From: Candidatus Moraniibacteriota bacterium
Lineage (GTDB): Bacteria; Patescibacteriota; Minisyncoccia; Moranbacterales; UBA1568
Reading direction: 5' to 3'
Length of the DNA stretch: 64,000 bases
Assembly: GCA_016699425.1 (NCBI GenBank)
Contig: CP064975.1
Span: 66,979-130,978, forward strand
This document shows, piece after piece, positions 38,288 through 50,600 of the stretch (position 1 is its first letter; every line of letters starts with the position of its first letter). The translations under genes were made by a program, and so were the position numbers. The notes below the pieces were generated by a model that was not told the origin of the DNA, did not search any database, and was given only the letters and a program-made list of their open reading frames with translations.

Positions 38288-40586
38288 AACGACGAGTGCG
38301 TATACCGCGCCGGGTTGGCACCATTTCGCTATCATCTTCAATATCCCGCGGACGGGGGGCAACTTTGGTCAGATATATATCGATGGCGGTATTCAAAATG
38401 ACAATTCTATCGGTGGTGGGTATGCTGGCTCGATCGAGAGTACACGCGCTTTCGTCATCGGGGCGGAGAGCGATGGCGGCAATCCCTTCGACGGCAAGCT
38501 TGACGAAATCCGCCTGTACAATCGCGCCTTGTCCGCCGATGAAGTCGCCCAGCTGTACCGTCTCACCATGCCCACCGGTGTCGACACGAGTCTGAAGGGC
38601 TACTGGAGTTTCAATGGGAGTGATACCACCGGTACGACGGCCTATGATCGCAGCGGCGCGGGGAACAACGGGACGCTCACCAATGGCCCAACCATCGCGG
38701 AAGGCAAGCTCGGCCAGGCGCTGAACTTTGATGGAGTGGATGATAGTGTTGGAATCACCGGACTCTCGTTTCCCGACTGGCAGTCAGCGAGCGGATATAC
38801 CATATCATTGTGGGTGAAGGATTTCCCTGATGATCTCCAGGATATAGTCTTGTTTGAGATGTGGAATTCTGGAGATAATGATGAACGGATCCGTCTCGGA
38901 AGCAATAACTATCCTCCATACCAGCGGTTGCAAGTGATGGCCGGCCGGCAATATTCCCAGTCGGAGGCGTATATCCCGGAGTACGTATATCCATCTCTTG
39001 ACGACACCCGGATATGGCATCAATTAGTTGTGACGGCGAATAGTTCAAAGCTGGCGTTATTCCACAACGGAGTGGAAGTGGCAAGCGATACCGCGTTCAC
39101 GACTTTCGGATCGTTTTCATTTGATTCCATCCGTATCGGTGGCGGCGCGAGTGACTACAACGGCAACCCGAGCAACAGCTACGCCGGGGCCTTGGTCGAC
39201 GAAGTCCGTATTTACAACCGGACGCTCACGACGTCGGAAATTACCGCACTCTATAATCTGGGTGCATCCGACAAAGTAAACACGAGTGTCTCCCAGCTCC
39301 AAGGCACTGGCCGATTGGACTCTGGCCTCGCTGGCTACTGGAAGCTGGACGAAAACACGGGCACAAGCGCGGCTGATACCAGTACCAATGCGAGTACCGG
39401 GACCCTCACTAATGGCCCCACCTGGACCACGGGCCGCATCGGGAGCGCGGTGAACTTTGATGGGGTGAATGATGAAATAGGAGTAAGTGATGCGCCGGCT
39501 TTAGATTTCGGGGTCGGCGAAGCATTTTCGTATGCTGGGTGGTTCAATCTTAGTGCTGTGGACGGCAATGAACCACTTGTTATGAAGAGTACGAACGATG
39601 CCTCACAGGGGTATGGTCTTTTTATTCATACTACCGACCTATTCAATATAATGCTGAATGATGCAACGGATGATTGTAGTGATTATGTTGACCTAAATAC
39701 CACCCTCACCGGTGCCTGGCATCACTACGTGTGGTCCGTCGACACGAGCCACATCTCGCGCCTCTATGTTGATGGTACGCTACGCCTCACGACCGACTGT
39801 TCTGTCTCCGGTGATCTCTCTAATGCGGATGCCCTGTCTTTGGGGTGGATGTATGCCGGTACTTCCCAGTATTTTAGTGGCAAACAGGACGACGTTCGCC
39901 TCTACAACCGAGCGCTGTCCGCCGATGAAGTCGCTCAGCTGTACCGACTGACATCACCGACTGGCGTCGACACGAGTCTGAAGGGCTACTGGTCCTTCAA
40001 TGGGCCGGATGTCTCGGGCACGACCGCCTCTGACAGGAGCGGCGCGGGCAACAATGGCACCCTCACCAACGGCCCAACCATCACCGAAGGCAAACTCGGC
40101 CAGGCTTTGTCCTTTGACGGGACAAATGACACTGTTAGTATCTCTCCGACCGGCTTACCCACCGGATCACGTACTATCTCTGTGTGGGCAAAGGCGCCTC
40201 TGCTTGATGGTTCCTATCGTGGTGTTATCGGATATGGAAATCAGAATAATGGGGAGGCATTTGCAATCCAGATTAATTCCTCAAACGAATGGGTAATCAC
40301 TGGGTGGGGCGCTCCCAATGCTGTTAGTGGAGGTGCAGTGGTGCTGAATCAGTGGACTCATATCGTTGGTACGTATAGTGGCGGAAACGCGAGTATCTAT
40401 GTAAATGGTGTCCTTGTTGGTGGTCCGGCGGCCATTACTAGTGCTCCGAATCTTAACTATTCTGCCATTGGGTCTCGTCTGGATGGAGGAGGAGATTATT
40501 TCCCCGGTCAGATAGACGAAGTCCGCATCTACAATCGCGTGTTGTCGGATACCGAAGTGAAAGCGCTCTACAATAGTGGCCGCTAG
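38046..40586 (+). CDS. LamG/concanavalin-A-like lectin repeat surface protein, continuation (5 further LamG modules)
   Basis: Repeated (L/V)DE(I/V)R(I/L)YNRALSA(D/G)EV motifs; sense begins at GVLDAVGDQYYTLSGWFN, which continues the 37109 ORF in another frame. Confidence 0.8.
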   Translation: MTAPMTTSRSLIRRAGVLDAVGDQYYTLSGWFNRDTATTTDTILAKSNGTADAMGYLVYLDATTDKLVFATRSALGDNTLETTSAYTAPGWHHFAIIFNIPRTGGNFGQIYIDGGIQNDNSIGGGYAGSIESTRAFVIGAESDGGNPFDGKLDEIRLYNRALSADEVAQLYRLTMPTGVDTSLKGYWSFNGSDTTGTTAYDRSGAGNNGTLTNGPTIAEGKLGQALNFDGVDDSVGITGLSFPDWQSASGYTISLWVKDFPDDLQDIVLFEMWNSGDNDERIRLGSNNYPPYQRLQVMAGRQYSQSEAYIPEYVYPSLDDTRIWHQLVVTANSSKLALFHNGVEVASDTAFTTFGSFSFDSIRIGGGASDYNGNPSNSYAGALVDEVRIYNRTLTTSEITALYNLGASDKVNTSVSQLQGTGRLDSGLAGYWKLDENTGTSAADTSTNASTGTLTNGPTWTTGRIGSAVNFDGVNDEIGVSDAPALDFGVGEAFSYAGWFNLSAVDGNEPLVMKSTNDASQGYGLFIHTTDLFNIMLNDATDDCSDYVDLNTTLTGAWHHYVWSVDTSHISRLYVDGTLRLTTDCSVSGDLSNADALSLGWMYAGTSQYFSGKQDDVRLYNRALSADEVAQLYRLTSPTGVDTSLKGYWSFNGPDVSGTTASDRSGAGNNGTLTNGPTITEGKLGQALSFDGTNDTVSISPTGLPTGSRTISVWAKAPLLDGSYRGVIGYGNQNNGEAFAIQINSSNEWVITGWGAPNAVSGGAVVLNQWTHIVGTYSGGNASIYVNGVLVGGPAAITSAPNLNYSAIGSRLDGGGDYFPGQIDEVRIYNRVLSDTEVKALYNSGR

Positions 40587-40668
40587 AAACAGTGATAGAC
40601 GGAGCAAATGCTGACACCACCCCCTCCGCTGCTTCGACGGGTGTGGGGGTACACTGAGTGCGGCAGCG

Positions 40669-40693
40669 TCATTTGGAGGTCGAACCTCCAAAT
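40669..40693 (+). terminator. 11-bp perfect hairpin downstream of LamG gene
   Basis: CATTTGGAGGT-cga-ACCTCCAAATG; lies within a ~100 nt GC-rich structured spacer. Confidence 0.45.
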
Positions 40694-40728
40694 GGGTTTG
40701 AGGCTTGAAAGAGGGGTTTTGCCAGAAA

Positions 40729-40758
40729 TTTTTGTTGGTGGTATGATAGTTTTGCTAT
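40729..40758 (+). promoter_or_regulatory. candidate sigma70-like promoter (TTGCCA-17 nt-TGgTATGAT)
   Basis: Extended -10 match directly upstream of the 40757 ORF. Confidence 0.35.
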
Positions 40759-41017
40759 GAAAAAGAAGCTGAAGAAAGTCACGACGATCGAAGACTTGGC
40801 GACCCTGATGCAGGGAGAGTTTTTGGTGATTCATGAGAAGATGGATTCAGGCTTCCAGCGTGTCGATGAGCGATTGGATGAGATGCAACAAGAGATGAGG
40901 GAGTTGAAAAGGGATGTTGAGGATCTTAAACTCCGGATGGTCGAAGTGGCGTATCGTTTCGAAGTGCGTGAGTTGGAGAAAAGAATTCACAAACTCGAAC
41001 TCCGTCTTGCAAAATAG
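40757..41017 (+). CDS. small coiled-coil protein (86 aa)
   Basis: Heptad-rich charged sequence; a terminator hairpin follows. Confidence 0.5.
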   Translation: MKKKLKKVTTIEDLATLMQGEFLVIHEKMDSGFQRVDERLDEMQQEMRELKRDVEDLKLRMVEVAYRFEVRELEKRIHKLELRLAK

Positions 41018-41045
41018 TTTCCAGTAGTCGAATATTTGAGCTAAG

Positions 41046-41071
41046 AGCGATCAGAAAGGTCGCTTTTTTTC
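41046..41071 (+). terminator. intrinsic terminator (AGCGA-tcagaaagg-TCGCT + T7)
   Basis: Short stem followed by a run of 7 T. Confidence 0.5.
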
Positions 41072-41221
41072 AGTCTTGTTTACGTTGTCTCGGTACGGTC
41101 CGAGTATGTGCGAAGATGCTCGGAAATATATGGGGAAAACAGTGTCGGGACGCGTGAAAGCGTGGTACAATAATACCGATATAGAGCCATGTCTTGACCA
41201 CGAACCGTCACTCCTTTGCGT

Positions 41222-42058
41222 ATGGCACAGCCGCCATCACCCCTCAATCCTTTTCTCGGCAGTCAGTCTCCCCCGATACCGGAAAAGCCAGTCGTCTCGG
41301 CCACGGTGAAAGCTCCCGCCGCGTCTTCGGCGGTGCCGAGAATCGTCCCTGCCTCAAGACCATCCGAACCGAGTCCAGCTGTGAGTGATGTCGCTACGCC
41401 GGCGAGTAAGTGGCGGCATCGGGTAGTGCGACGCAGTCTGATCACTCTCGTCCTCGTCGTGATCATCGCGGGGATCATGTACTGGTGGTTCCGCGATACC
41501 GGGAGTGCACCGATAGTCGATGAGCCAAAGTCGGTCACAGAAGTGAAGGAAGCGACACCGCCCGCACTCATACCAGAGCAAGGGACGCTCGCCCTGCCGG
41601 ATGACAATGCGAATTTCGAAAGTGAGAATTTCAAGGCGGGGGAGATCGTGATCGGAGGCGAGCTGCAGTTCCTTGTCGATGAGGATGAAGTCGGAGCACT
41701 CACGGTAGAGGATATCCGCGGCGAAGCCTTCACTGAGAAAAATAAGCAGGATGTGAAGCTGGTCGTGACTTGGACGACCAACAAGCTCGCTCAGGCATCA
41801 GTCCGCTACTCCAAGGGTATTGGTCAGACCGAGCGGGGAATTGACGAGGAAGACTACAGCTACAACCACAGCGTCATCATCTCGGGTCTCGATCCAGCTT
41901 CGACATATCTCTACACAATCGACGCGAGTGACCGCTATGGCAACCGGGTGAAAAGCGAGCCGCATGCAGTCTTCACCGGCGCGCGGACCGTATCGCTCTT
42001 TGACCTCATCGCGGGGGCGATCGGCGAGGTATTCGGTTGGGCAGTGACGTCTCGTTAG
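41222..42058 (+). CDS. membrane-anchored protein with C-terminal FN3/PAP-N-like beta-sandwich
   Basis: Pro/Ser-rich N-terminus, one TM (LITLVLVVIIAGIMYWWF), and a C-terminal SGLDPASTYLYTIDASDRYGN motif. Confidence 0.6.
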   Translation: MAQPPSPLNPFLGSQSPPIPEKPVVSATVKAPAASSAVPRIVPASRPSEPSPAVSDVATPASKWRHRVVRRSLITLVLVVIIAGIMYWWFRDTGSAPIVDEPKSVTEVKEATPPALIPEQGTLALPDDNANFESENFKAGEIVIGGELQFLVDEDEVGALTVEDIRGEAFTEKNKQDVKLVVTWTTNKLAQASVRYSKGIGQTERGIDEEDYSYNHSVIISGLDPASTYLYTIDASDRYGNRVKSEPHAVFTGARTVSLFDLIAGAIGEVFGWAVTSR

Positions 42059-42231
42059 AGATGCGTATGATACGTTTGCCTGTGAAAAATATCTCAATCC
42101 AGAGTCAGAAAAAATTACCTGAAAAATCGGATGGAACTTCGCCCTCGCTCTAACCGGATGAACAACAAATACCCTCTTGCCAAGATAGTGAAAATGACTG
42201 TATTCCGTGGTATAATTCTCCTATGGCATGA

Positions 42232-44643
42232 ATGTCCGCCATGCACTGGTATGTAAAAAATAAAAACCTAAAAACGCATATATTTCTCCTAGCGATCGCA
42301 TTGGCGACGGGGAGTCTCATTGGTTGGGGATACACTTCCCAATCGGTTTTGGCGCAATCAATAAACCAGATTTCAGTCGCTGTTTCGCTCTTTGACGCCG
42401 AAAGCAAGATAATCACCAACGGCGAGTACGATGTGCGGTTCGCTCTGTACCGGACCGACCGGACGACAGCGGATGCCTATCCCTCGAATGCGGATAATCG
42501 GCTTTGGGAGGAAACCCAGAAAGTGATCGTGAAAAATGGTGTGTTGCGGGCCTTCCTCGGATCAGCGACAGCGCTGCCGGCGAGCCTGAGTTTTGAAAGC
42601 GGGGATTATTATCTCGGTATCCGGGTCGGCACTGATTCGGAAATGGTGCCGCGCAAGAAACTCGGCGCGGTCCCATCTGCTCTCAATTCCCAATTCCTGC
42701 GCGGCAAGACATTCGGCACGAGCGAAGGCAATCTGCTCGTGCTCGACAAGAACGGCAAGGTGAATCTTAAACAGCTGCCCGTGGGGACTGGCAATAACCA
42801 GCTCGTGCGTGGTGACGATGCACGCTTCGGCGATATCCACCAGCAGAACACGGACACAGGGACAGACTCCGAAGTCTTTACGATCGGGAGCGGTACTGGA
42901 CCAACGGGTGCAAACTTCGATCTCGCGGTTTCGAGTTCGAGCACACCGCCCGCAATCCGTTACAATGGGTCGACGCAGAGCTGGCAGGTCTCCAACGATG
43001 GTTCAGCTTTCTCCGACATTTCGACCACGGCCTCCGGCAGTTTCCTCCCGCTGTCGGGTGGGACGATGACGGGGGACATCACCTTCGCTGGGACACAGGC
43101 GTTCACCAATCTCATCGATCTCGGCGCGGATACTGTCGGGAATTATGTCGCGACGATCGCAGGCGGCAATGGTGTCTCGGGTTCGGCCTCGGGCGAAGGT
43201 GTGGCAGCCACGCTCGATATCGACCTCCTCGACAGCACGGATGGGGCGGGTGCGACGTCATCGAACAGCGGCTTGGAATTTAGCGGCGCGGGCTCGGACG
43301 AACTTTCGCTCCTGCAGGGTTGCGCCAATGGTCAGGGCATCTCTTGGAATGATGCGACCAATGTGTGGGAATGTGCGAGCTTTTCCTCGGGTCTCTCGGG
43401 GACAGGGACAGCAGGGAATGTTGCGTACTGGAGCGGGGCGAGTTCACTCGGGAGTGAAGCGCAGCTCAACGTCTCGCGCGGTGGAACTGGAGTAAGTGGA
43501 TCAGCCGCCAGCAATGGATCATTGCTCATCGGCAACGGTACTGGCTATACACTCAATACCCTCGCGGTGGGCAACGGTGTCACGGTCACGAACGGCGCCG
43601 GCACGATCACGCTTGGTCTCGATGTGACGACGACGGGTACGACGATCAATGCTTCATCGAATTCCGGCCTTGAACTCACTGCTGACGGCCTACGGTTGCT
43701 CGGTGGCTGCAGCAACGACCAAGTGTTGTCATGGAACTCGACGCTTGAGACATGGGGTTGCTCCAACAAGACCGGCGGCACGAGCGATTGGACGAGTGCT
43801 GGCTCATTCACATACCTGACGGATACGGCGGATGACCTCGTTGTCGGCGGCTCGACCACGGACACGGGATTTTTCTTTGATGTGTCAGCTTCAACGCTCG
43901 CGTTTGAGGGGACAGCGGCTGATGGTTTCGAAACGACATTGGCGGTCACGAATCCGACCGCTGATCGGACCGTGACGCTGCCGAATGTCACAGGCACGGT
44001 CATCACGACTGGCAACCTGACCGATATCACGGCGGTCGGGACGATTGCTTCGGGCGTGTGGAATGGCACGACGCTCGCGGTGGCAAATGGTGGGACGGGG
44101 GCAACGAGCCTGAACAATCTCATCGCCCTCACCACCGACACCACCGGTAACTACGTCCAGTCCATCACCAACGGTAACGGTCTCACTGGGGGTGCCGCCG
44201 GCAGCGAAGGAGCGACCCTCACCCTCGGCCTCGACCTCCTCGACAGTGCGGATGGCACTGGTTCCACCGCTTCTAACTCTGGTCTCGAATTCCAAGGTGC
44301 TTCATCCAATGAACTCGCCTTGCTTCAGGGGTGTGCAGACAATGAGATTCTCTCCTGGAACAATGCGACCAATGTCTGGCAGTGTGCCACGGTCTCTGGT
44401 GTCGGCGGTATCACGGGAAGCGGAACAAATGGCCAAGTCACCTACTGGACTGGGACGAGTACGCTCGCCGGTGAGAATCAACTCTCTGTCACACGAGGTG
44501 GGACCGGTATCGGTAGCTACACCATCGGTGATCTCCTCTATGCGACGGGTGCCACCACACTCGCTGCTCTCCCCCGATGTCGCGACAGGCAATGTCCTCC
44601 TCTCAGGTGGTATCGGTGTCGCTCCATCTTGGGGCAAAGGTGA
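42232..44643 (+). CDS. giant Gly/Thr/Ser-rich repetitive surface protein, fragment 1 of 4 (N-terminal signal anchor)
   Basis: N-terminal TM, then tail-fibre-like repeats (GTGATSLN..., LLQGCA.N..LSWN...W.C); it ends where two +1 homopolymer insertions occur. Confidence 0.75.
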   Translation: MSAMHWYVKNKNLKTHIFLLAIALATGSLIGWGYTSQSVLAQSINQISVAVSLFDAESKIITNGEYDVRFALYRTDRTTADAYPSNADNRLWEETQKVIVKNGVLRAFLGSATALPASLSFESGDYYLGIRVGTDSEMVPRKKLGAVPSALNSQFLRGKTFGTSEGNLLVLDKNGKVNLKQLPVGTGNNQLVRGDDARFGDIHQQNTDTGTDSEVFTIGSGTGPTGANFDLAVSSSSTPPAIRYNGSTQSWQVSNDGSAFSDISTTASGSFLPLSGGTMTGDITFAGTQAFTNLIDLGADTVGNYVATIAGGNGVSGSASGEGVAATLDIDLLDSTDGAGATSSNSGLEFSGAGSDELSLLQGCANGQGISWNDATNVWECASFSSGLSGTGTAGNVAYWSGASSLGSEAQLNVSRGGTGVSGSAASNGSLLIGNGTGYTLNTLAVGNGVTVTNGAGTITLGLDVTTTGTTINASSNSGLELTADGLRLLGGCSNDQVLSWNSTLETWGCSNKTGGTSDWTSAGSFTYLTDTADDLVVGGSTTDTGFFFDVSASTLAFEGTAADGFETTLAVTNPTADRTVTLPNVTGTVITTGNLTDITAVGTIASGVWNGTTLAVANGGTGATSLNNLIALTTDTTGNYVQSITNGNGLTGGAAGSEGATLTLGLDLLDSADGTGSTASNSGLEFQGASSNELALLQGCADNEILSWNNATNVWQCATVSGVGGITGSGTNGQVTYWTGTSTLAGENQLSVTRGGTGIGSYTIGDLLYATGATTLAALPRCRDRQCPPLRWYRCRSILGQR

Positions 44644-47600
44644 ATCTCACGACTGCGGTCACGGGGACGCTCCCGGTAGCCAACGGTGGAACAGGGGCGA
44701 GCAGTCTCACCGATCTCATCGCTCTCACCACTCATACGACCGGGAACTATGTCGCCACGATTACCAGTGGCAATGGTCTCACGGGTGGCAATGGTGGTTC
44801 GGAAGGGGCAGCATTGACGCTGGGACTTGATCTCCTCGATGCCGATGACTCGACCGGTGCTATCGCGAGCAACTCCGGTCTTGAATTTCAAGGTGCCGGG
44901 AATAATGAACTCACGCTCCTGCAGGGCTGTGCCGATCTCGAAATCTTGGCATGGGACAACACGACCAATGAATGGGAATGTGCCACTGTCTCTGGTGTCG
45001 GTGGACTTTCTGGTTCCGGAATCAATGGCCAGGTCACGTATTGGACCGGTACTTCGACATTATCCTCCGAAGCCCAACTGCATGTCTCCCGAGGGGGTAC
45101 CGGCGTGAATGGTTCGGCCGCCGTCAACGGCTCACTCCTCATCGGTAATGGCACCGGCTATACCCTGACAACATTGACGGATGGTACCGGTGTCTCTATC
45201 ACGGAAGGGTCAGGCACCATCACTATCGCGTCCACACTCGGTACGGATATCAATCTCGCCTCAGCTGAAGTCACGGGGACGCTCCCGGTCGCCAATGGCG
45301 GCACCGGGGCAGCCACCCTCGCGAGTAATGGCGTCCTCTACGGCAATGGTACGGGCATCGTCCAGGTCACCACTGCGGGCACCACCGGTCAATTCCTCGT
45401 CGCCAATGGTTCGGGTGTCCCCACCTTCGTCTCCATGGGTACGGATGCGACACTCGCGGCTTCGGGGGCAATCACGATCGCCGCCAATGCGGTCGCCCTC
45501 ACCACCGACACCACCGGTAACTACGTCCAGTCCATCACCAATGGTAACGGCCTCACCGGGGGTGCCGCTGGCAGTGAAGGGGCGACTCTCACTCTCGGCC
45601 TCGACCTCCTCGACTCCGCCGATGGCACTGGTTCAACCGCTTCTAACTCTGGTCTCGAGTTCCAAGGCGCTTCATCCAATGAACTCACCTTGCTCCAGGG
45701 GTGTGCGAACAATGATGTCTTGGCTTGGGTGGATGCTTCGAATTCGTGGGCCTGCACCTCCGTTGGTGGCGTCGGTGCAGGTGATATCACTGCCATCGGT
45801 GACGCGGTGTCGGGGGATGCGTTTACGGCGAGTGGCACGGCTGGGACGTCGCTCTACTTCTATGATGCGAGCGGTCGCGGGCAACTGACCATTGCGGATC
45901 TGTCTGCTCCGCACACGTATACGCTGCCTGACACAACTGGCACACTTATCACCAATGGTGATACGGGGACGGTGACTGGGACGATGATCACTGACAATAC
46001 CATCGAAGAAGTCGACCTCGAAGCGACGAATGCGGCGACGAATGGCTACATTCTCTCCTATGATTCCGGCACGGGTGGTTTCACCTGGATTTCGAATACC
46101 GGAGGGACGGGATCATCGAAGTGGACAGATTCGGGAGCGATTACCTATCTGACGGATACAACAGATAGTCTCGCCATCGGTGGATCGACATCGAACGCTT
46201 CCAAGTTTTACTTCGATGTCGCGACGGGTAATCAGATTATCTTCGAGGGGACGGGTGCGGATGATGCGAATGAGACATCTCTCATCATCGCCAACCCGAG
46301 CACTGACCGGACGATAACACTCGCTGATCTCTCAGGAACGGTAATCTTGTCGGGACATTCGTTTACGGGCGATGTGACAGCGACCCTTGATTCCGATAAT
46401 TCGACGGCGCTCACTATCGCTGCTGACGCCGTTGCTCTCGGCACCGACACCACCGGCGACTATGTTTCCTCTGCCACCGCCTCGGGTGGTCTCACCCTGA
46501 CTGGGACCGAAGGAGCAAGCTTGGGCATTCTCCTTCAACCCTCAGCTGATGCCCTCTCCGCTACCACGAGCTCAGGCTCCGGTCTCCAACTCCTCGCGAC
46601 GGGACTCACCTTGCTTCAGGGCTGTGCCAACAATGAAGTGCTCTCGTGGAATGAAACCTCGGATACATGGGGGTGTTCATCCGTCTCTGGTGTTGGTGGT
46701 GTGACGGGGAGTGGCGCCAACAATCAGGTGGCGTATTGGACAGGAACATCGTCTCTTGCTGGTGAGAATCAACTGAATGTCTCCCGCGGGGGGACGGGCG
46801 TCAATGGCAGCGCTGCCGCCAATGGTTCGCTCCTCATCGGTAATGGTACCGGCTATACGCTTGCCACGCTGACCGATGGCACCGGTATCAATATCACTGA
46901 GGCTGCGGGATCGATTACGGTTGCGGTAACTTCTGCTGTTCCGACTTCTATCGTCAATGATACGAACGTGACTGGATCCATCTCCAGCAATGTCCTCACG
47001 CTCGGGTGGACAGGGCAATTGTCAGTCGCTCGGGGTGGCACAGGCGCTTCTACTTTGACGAGTAACGGCGTTCTCTACGGCAATGGATCGAGCGCGGTCG
47101 CTGCGACGGCGGCTGGTACTAGTGCTCAGTTGCTCGTCGCCAATGGTTCGGGTGTCCCCACCTTCGTCTCCATGTCAGGCGATGTCACTATCACGAACGC
47201 TGGTGTTTCCGCAATCGGTGCAAATACCGTCGCCCTCACCACCGACACCACCGGTAACTACGTCCAGTCCATCACCAACGGTAACGGTCTCACTGGGGGT
47301 GCCGCCGGCAGCGAAGGAGCGACCCTCACCCTCGGCCTCGACCTCCTCGACAGTGCGGATGGCACTGGTTCCACCGCTTCTAACTCTGGTCTCGAATTCC
47401 AAGGTGCTTCATCCAATGAACTCGCCTTGCTTCAGGGGTGTGCAGACAATGAGATTCTCTCCTGGAACAATGCGACCAATGTCTGGCAGTGTGCCACGGT
47501 CTCTGGTGTCGGCGGTATCACGGGAAGCGGAACAAATGGCCAAGTCACCTACTGGACTGGGACGAGTACGCTCGCCGGTGAGAATCAACTCTCTGTCACA

Positions 47601-50600
47601 CGAGGTGGGACCGGACTCGGTAGCTACACTATCGGTGATCTCCTCTATGCGACGGGTGCCACCACACTCGCTGCTCTCCCCGATGTCGCGACAGGCAATG
47701 TCCTCCTCTCAGGTGGTATCGGTGTCGCTCCATCTTGGGGCAAGGTGAATCTCACGACTGCGGTCACGGGGACGCTCCCGGTAGCCAACGGTGGAACAGG
47801 GGCGAGCAGTCTCACCGATCTCATCGCTCTCACCACTCATACGACCGGGAACTATGTCGCCACGATTACCAGTGGCAATGGTCTCAATGGTTCCGCGAGT
47901 AGCGAAGGCGCCACTCCCACCCTCGCCCTCGGAGCTTTGACCGCCGACTGGAATCAGACCGGAGCATTTGATTTCTCCCTCAACAATGCTTCATCAGAAC
48001 TGAAGATCCTTGAATCAGCCGGGGCGGCGTTTTACGGCGTGCTAGATGTGGGGGACTTGTCGGGAAGTGACAAGACATATACTTTCCCCAATGCAAGTGG
48101 GACAGTCGCATTGCTCGATGGTGGGCAGACATTCACGAATGCGACGTGGAATGGAACAACGATTGGAGTCGCCAATGGCGGCACCGGCGCCACTACCCTC
48201 ACCCCGAATGGCGTCCTCTACGGCAATGGTACGGGCATCGTCCAGGTCACCACCGCGGGCACCACCGGTCAATTCCTCGTCGCCAATGGCAGTGGAGTCC
48301 CCACCTTTGTTTCCATGAGTAGTGATGCTACGCTCGCTGCTTCCGGTGCCGTGACGATCGCCGCCAATGCGGTCGCCCTTGGTACCGACACCACCGGCGA
48401 CTATGTTTCCTCCGCCACCGCTTCGGGTGGTCTCACCCTGACCGGGACCGAAGGCGGCTCGCTGGGCATTCTCCTCCAACCCTCCGCTGATGCCCTCTCC
48501 GCTACCACGAGCTCAGGCTCTGGCCTCCAACTCCTCGCGACGGGTCTCACCTTGCTTCAGGGCTGTGCCAACAATGAGGTCTTAGCCTGGAATGAAACGA
48601 CGGATGTCTGGAGTTGTGCCAGTATTGCCGGTACGGGTGGAGTCACCGGCACCGGAGCCACAGGTCAAGTCACCTACTGGACGGGCACGAGTACGGTCGC
48701 AGGGGAGAATCAACTCTCAGTGAGTAGAGGAGGGACGGGAATCGGGAGTTATGCTGTTGGTGACGTGATCTATGCCAGCGGGACAAGTACTTTGTCGAAG
48801 CTCACAGCTGGTTCAGATGGCCAGGTCCTCATCCTCGCTGGTGGCGTCCCGACATGGAATACCATCGGGGGCGGAGGCGGGGGTGGCGTGACCGCCGACT
48901 CTCTCGACTTCACCGAGTTCCAAGACACCCTCGATCTCGATGCTGCTCTCACCTTGAATCAAACCACCAATACTTGGAGCCAGTCCTTCACCGGGACCAC
49001 GACTACAGGCTTTGCGTATACGGCGACGTCTCTCACTACGGGAAGTGCTCTCAACCTCACCACGACCAATACCGCCACGACCAATACCGCTCTCTCGGCA
49101 GCTCAGTTCAATCTGACCAATGCTCAAGCCACCAATGCCAACACCAATGGTGTTACTGGTCTGGCGGTGAACTTCACCAACAATCCGTCTGCCGCGGGCA
49201 ATAGTGAGTACGCCGTCCGGATCCAGAATCAATCAACAAGTAATACCACGGACAATGCGCTCGCCGCTCTCCTCCTCCTCGACAACGCCGATACCACCGC
49301 GACTGGTACAACTATTGTCACCGATGCCATCGCCATCACCAATAGTGGAGGATCAAACTTCACTAACTTCCTCAATACCCCAACGCTCGACATCAGTGCC
49401 GCTGGCGCGATCACTGGAGCCACCGGCATCACTTCCTCCGGCAACATCACCTTCTCTGGTCTCACGCCAAACTCTTTCCTCTACTCGGGCACCGGGGGTC
49501 TCCTCACCACGACCACGGCTCCCACCAATGGCCAACTTCTCATCGGTTCCACTGGTGTGGCACCCGTAGCTGCAGCTCTGACCCAAGGGACGGGCATCAC
49601 GGTCACCAATGGCGCGGGGAGTATCACGGTGGCGAGTACCCTCGGCACCAGTGTTGACCTCACCACCGAAGTCACGGGGACGCTCCCGGTCGCCAATGGC
49701 GGCACCGGCGCCACTACCCTCACCCCGAATGGCGTCCTCTACGGCAATGGTACGGGCATCGTCCAGGTCACCACCGCGGGCACCACCGGTCAATTCCTCG
49801 TCGCCAATGGCAGTGGAGTCCCCACCTTTGTTTCCATGAGTAGTGATGCTACGCTCGCTGCTTCCGGTGCCGTGACGATCGCCGCCAATGCGGTCGCCCT
49901 TGGTACCGACACCACCGGCGACTATGTTTCCTCCGCCACCGCTTCGGGTGGTCTCACCCTGACCGGGACCGAAGGCGGCTCGCTGGGCATTCTCCTCCAA
50001 CCCTCCGCTGATGCCCTCTCCGCTACCACGAGCTCAGGCTCTGGCCTCCAACTCCTCGCGACGGGTCTCACCTTGCTTCAGGGCTGTGCGAACAATGAGG
50101 TCTTAGCCTGGAATGAAACGACGGATGTCTGGAGTTGTGCCAGTATTGCCGGTACGGGTGGAGTCACCGGCACCGGAGCCACAGGTCAAGTCACCTACTG
50201 GACGGGCACGAGTACGGTCGCGGGTGAGAATCAATTGAATGTCTCTCGGGGCGGCACCGGGGTGGATGGCTCAGCCGTCACCAATGGGCAGCTCCTCATC
50301 GGGCACGATGCGAACAACAACTTCTCCCTCGCGGCTCTGACCCAAGGGACGGGTATCACCGTCACCAATGGCGCGGGGAGTATCACGGTGGCGTCCACCC
50401 TCGGCACCAGTGTTGACCTCACCACCGAAGTCACCGGGACGCTCCCGGTCGGAAACGGCGGCACCGGGGCAGCCACCCTCGCGAGTAATGGCGTCCTCTA
50501 CGGCAATGGTACGGGCATCGTCCAGGTCACCACCGCGGGCACCACCGGTCAATTCCTCGTCGCCAATGGCAGTGGAGTCCCCACTTTTGTTTCCATGAGT

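Noticed and set aside
37851-39370. Near-identical internal repeats in the LamG gene (and in the giant gene) as template/variable repeats of a diversity-generating retroelement.
   Set aside because: No reverse transcriptase gene nearby; the differences between copies are not adenine-specific; the repeats are in-frame module duplications of the same protein.
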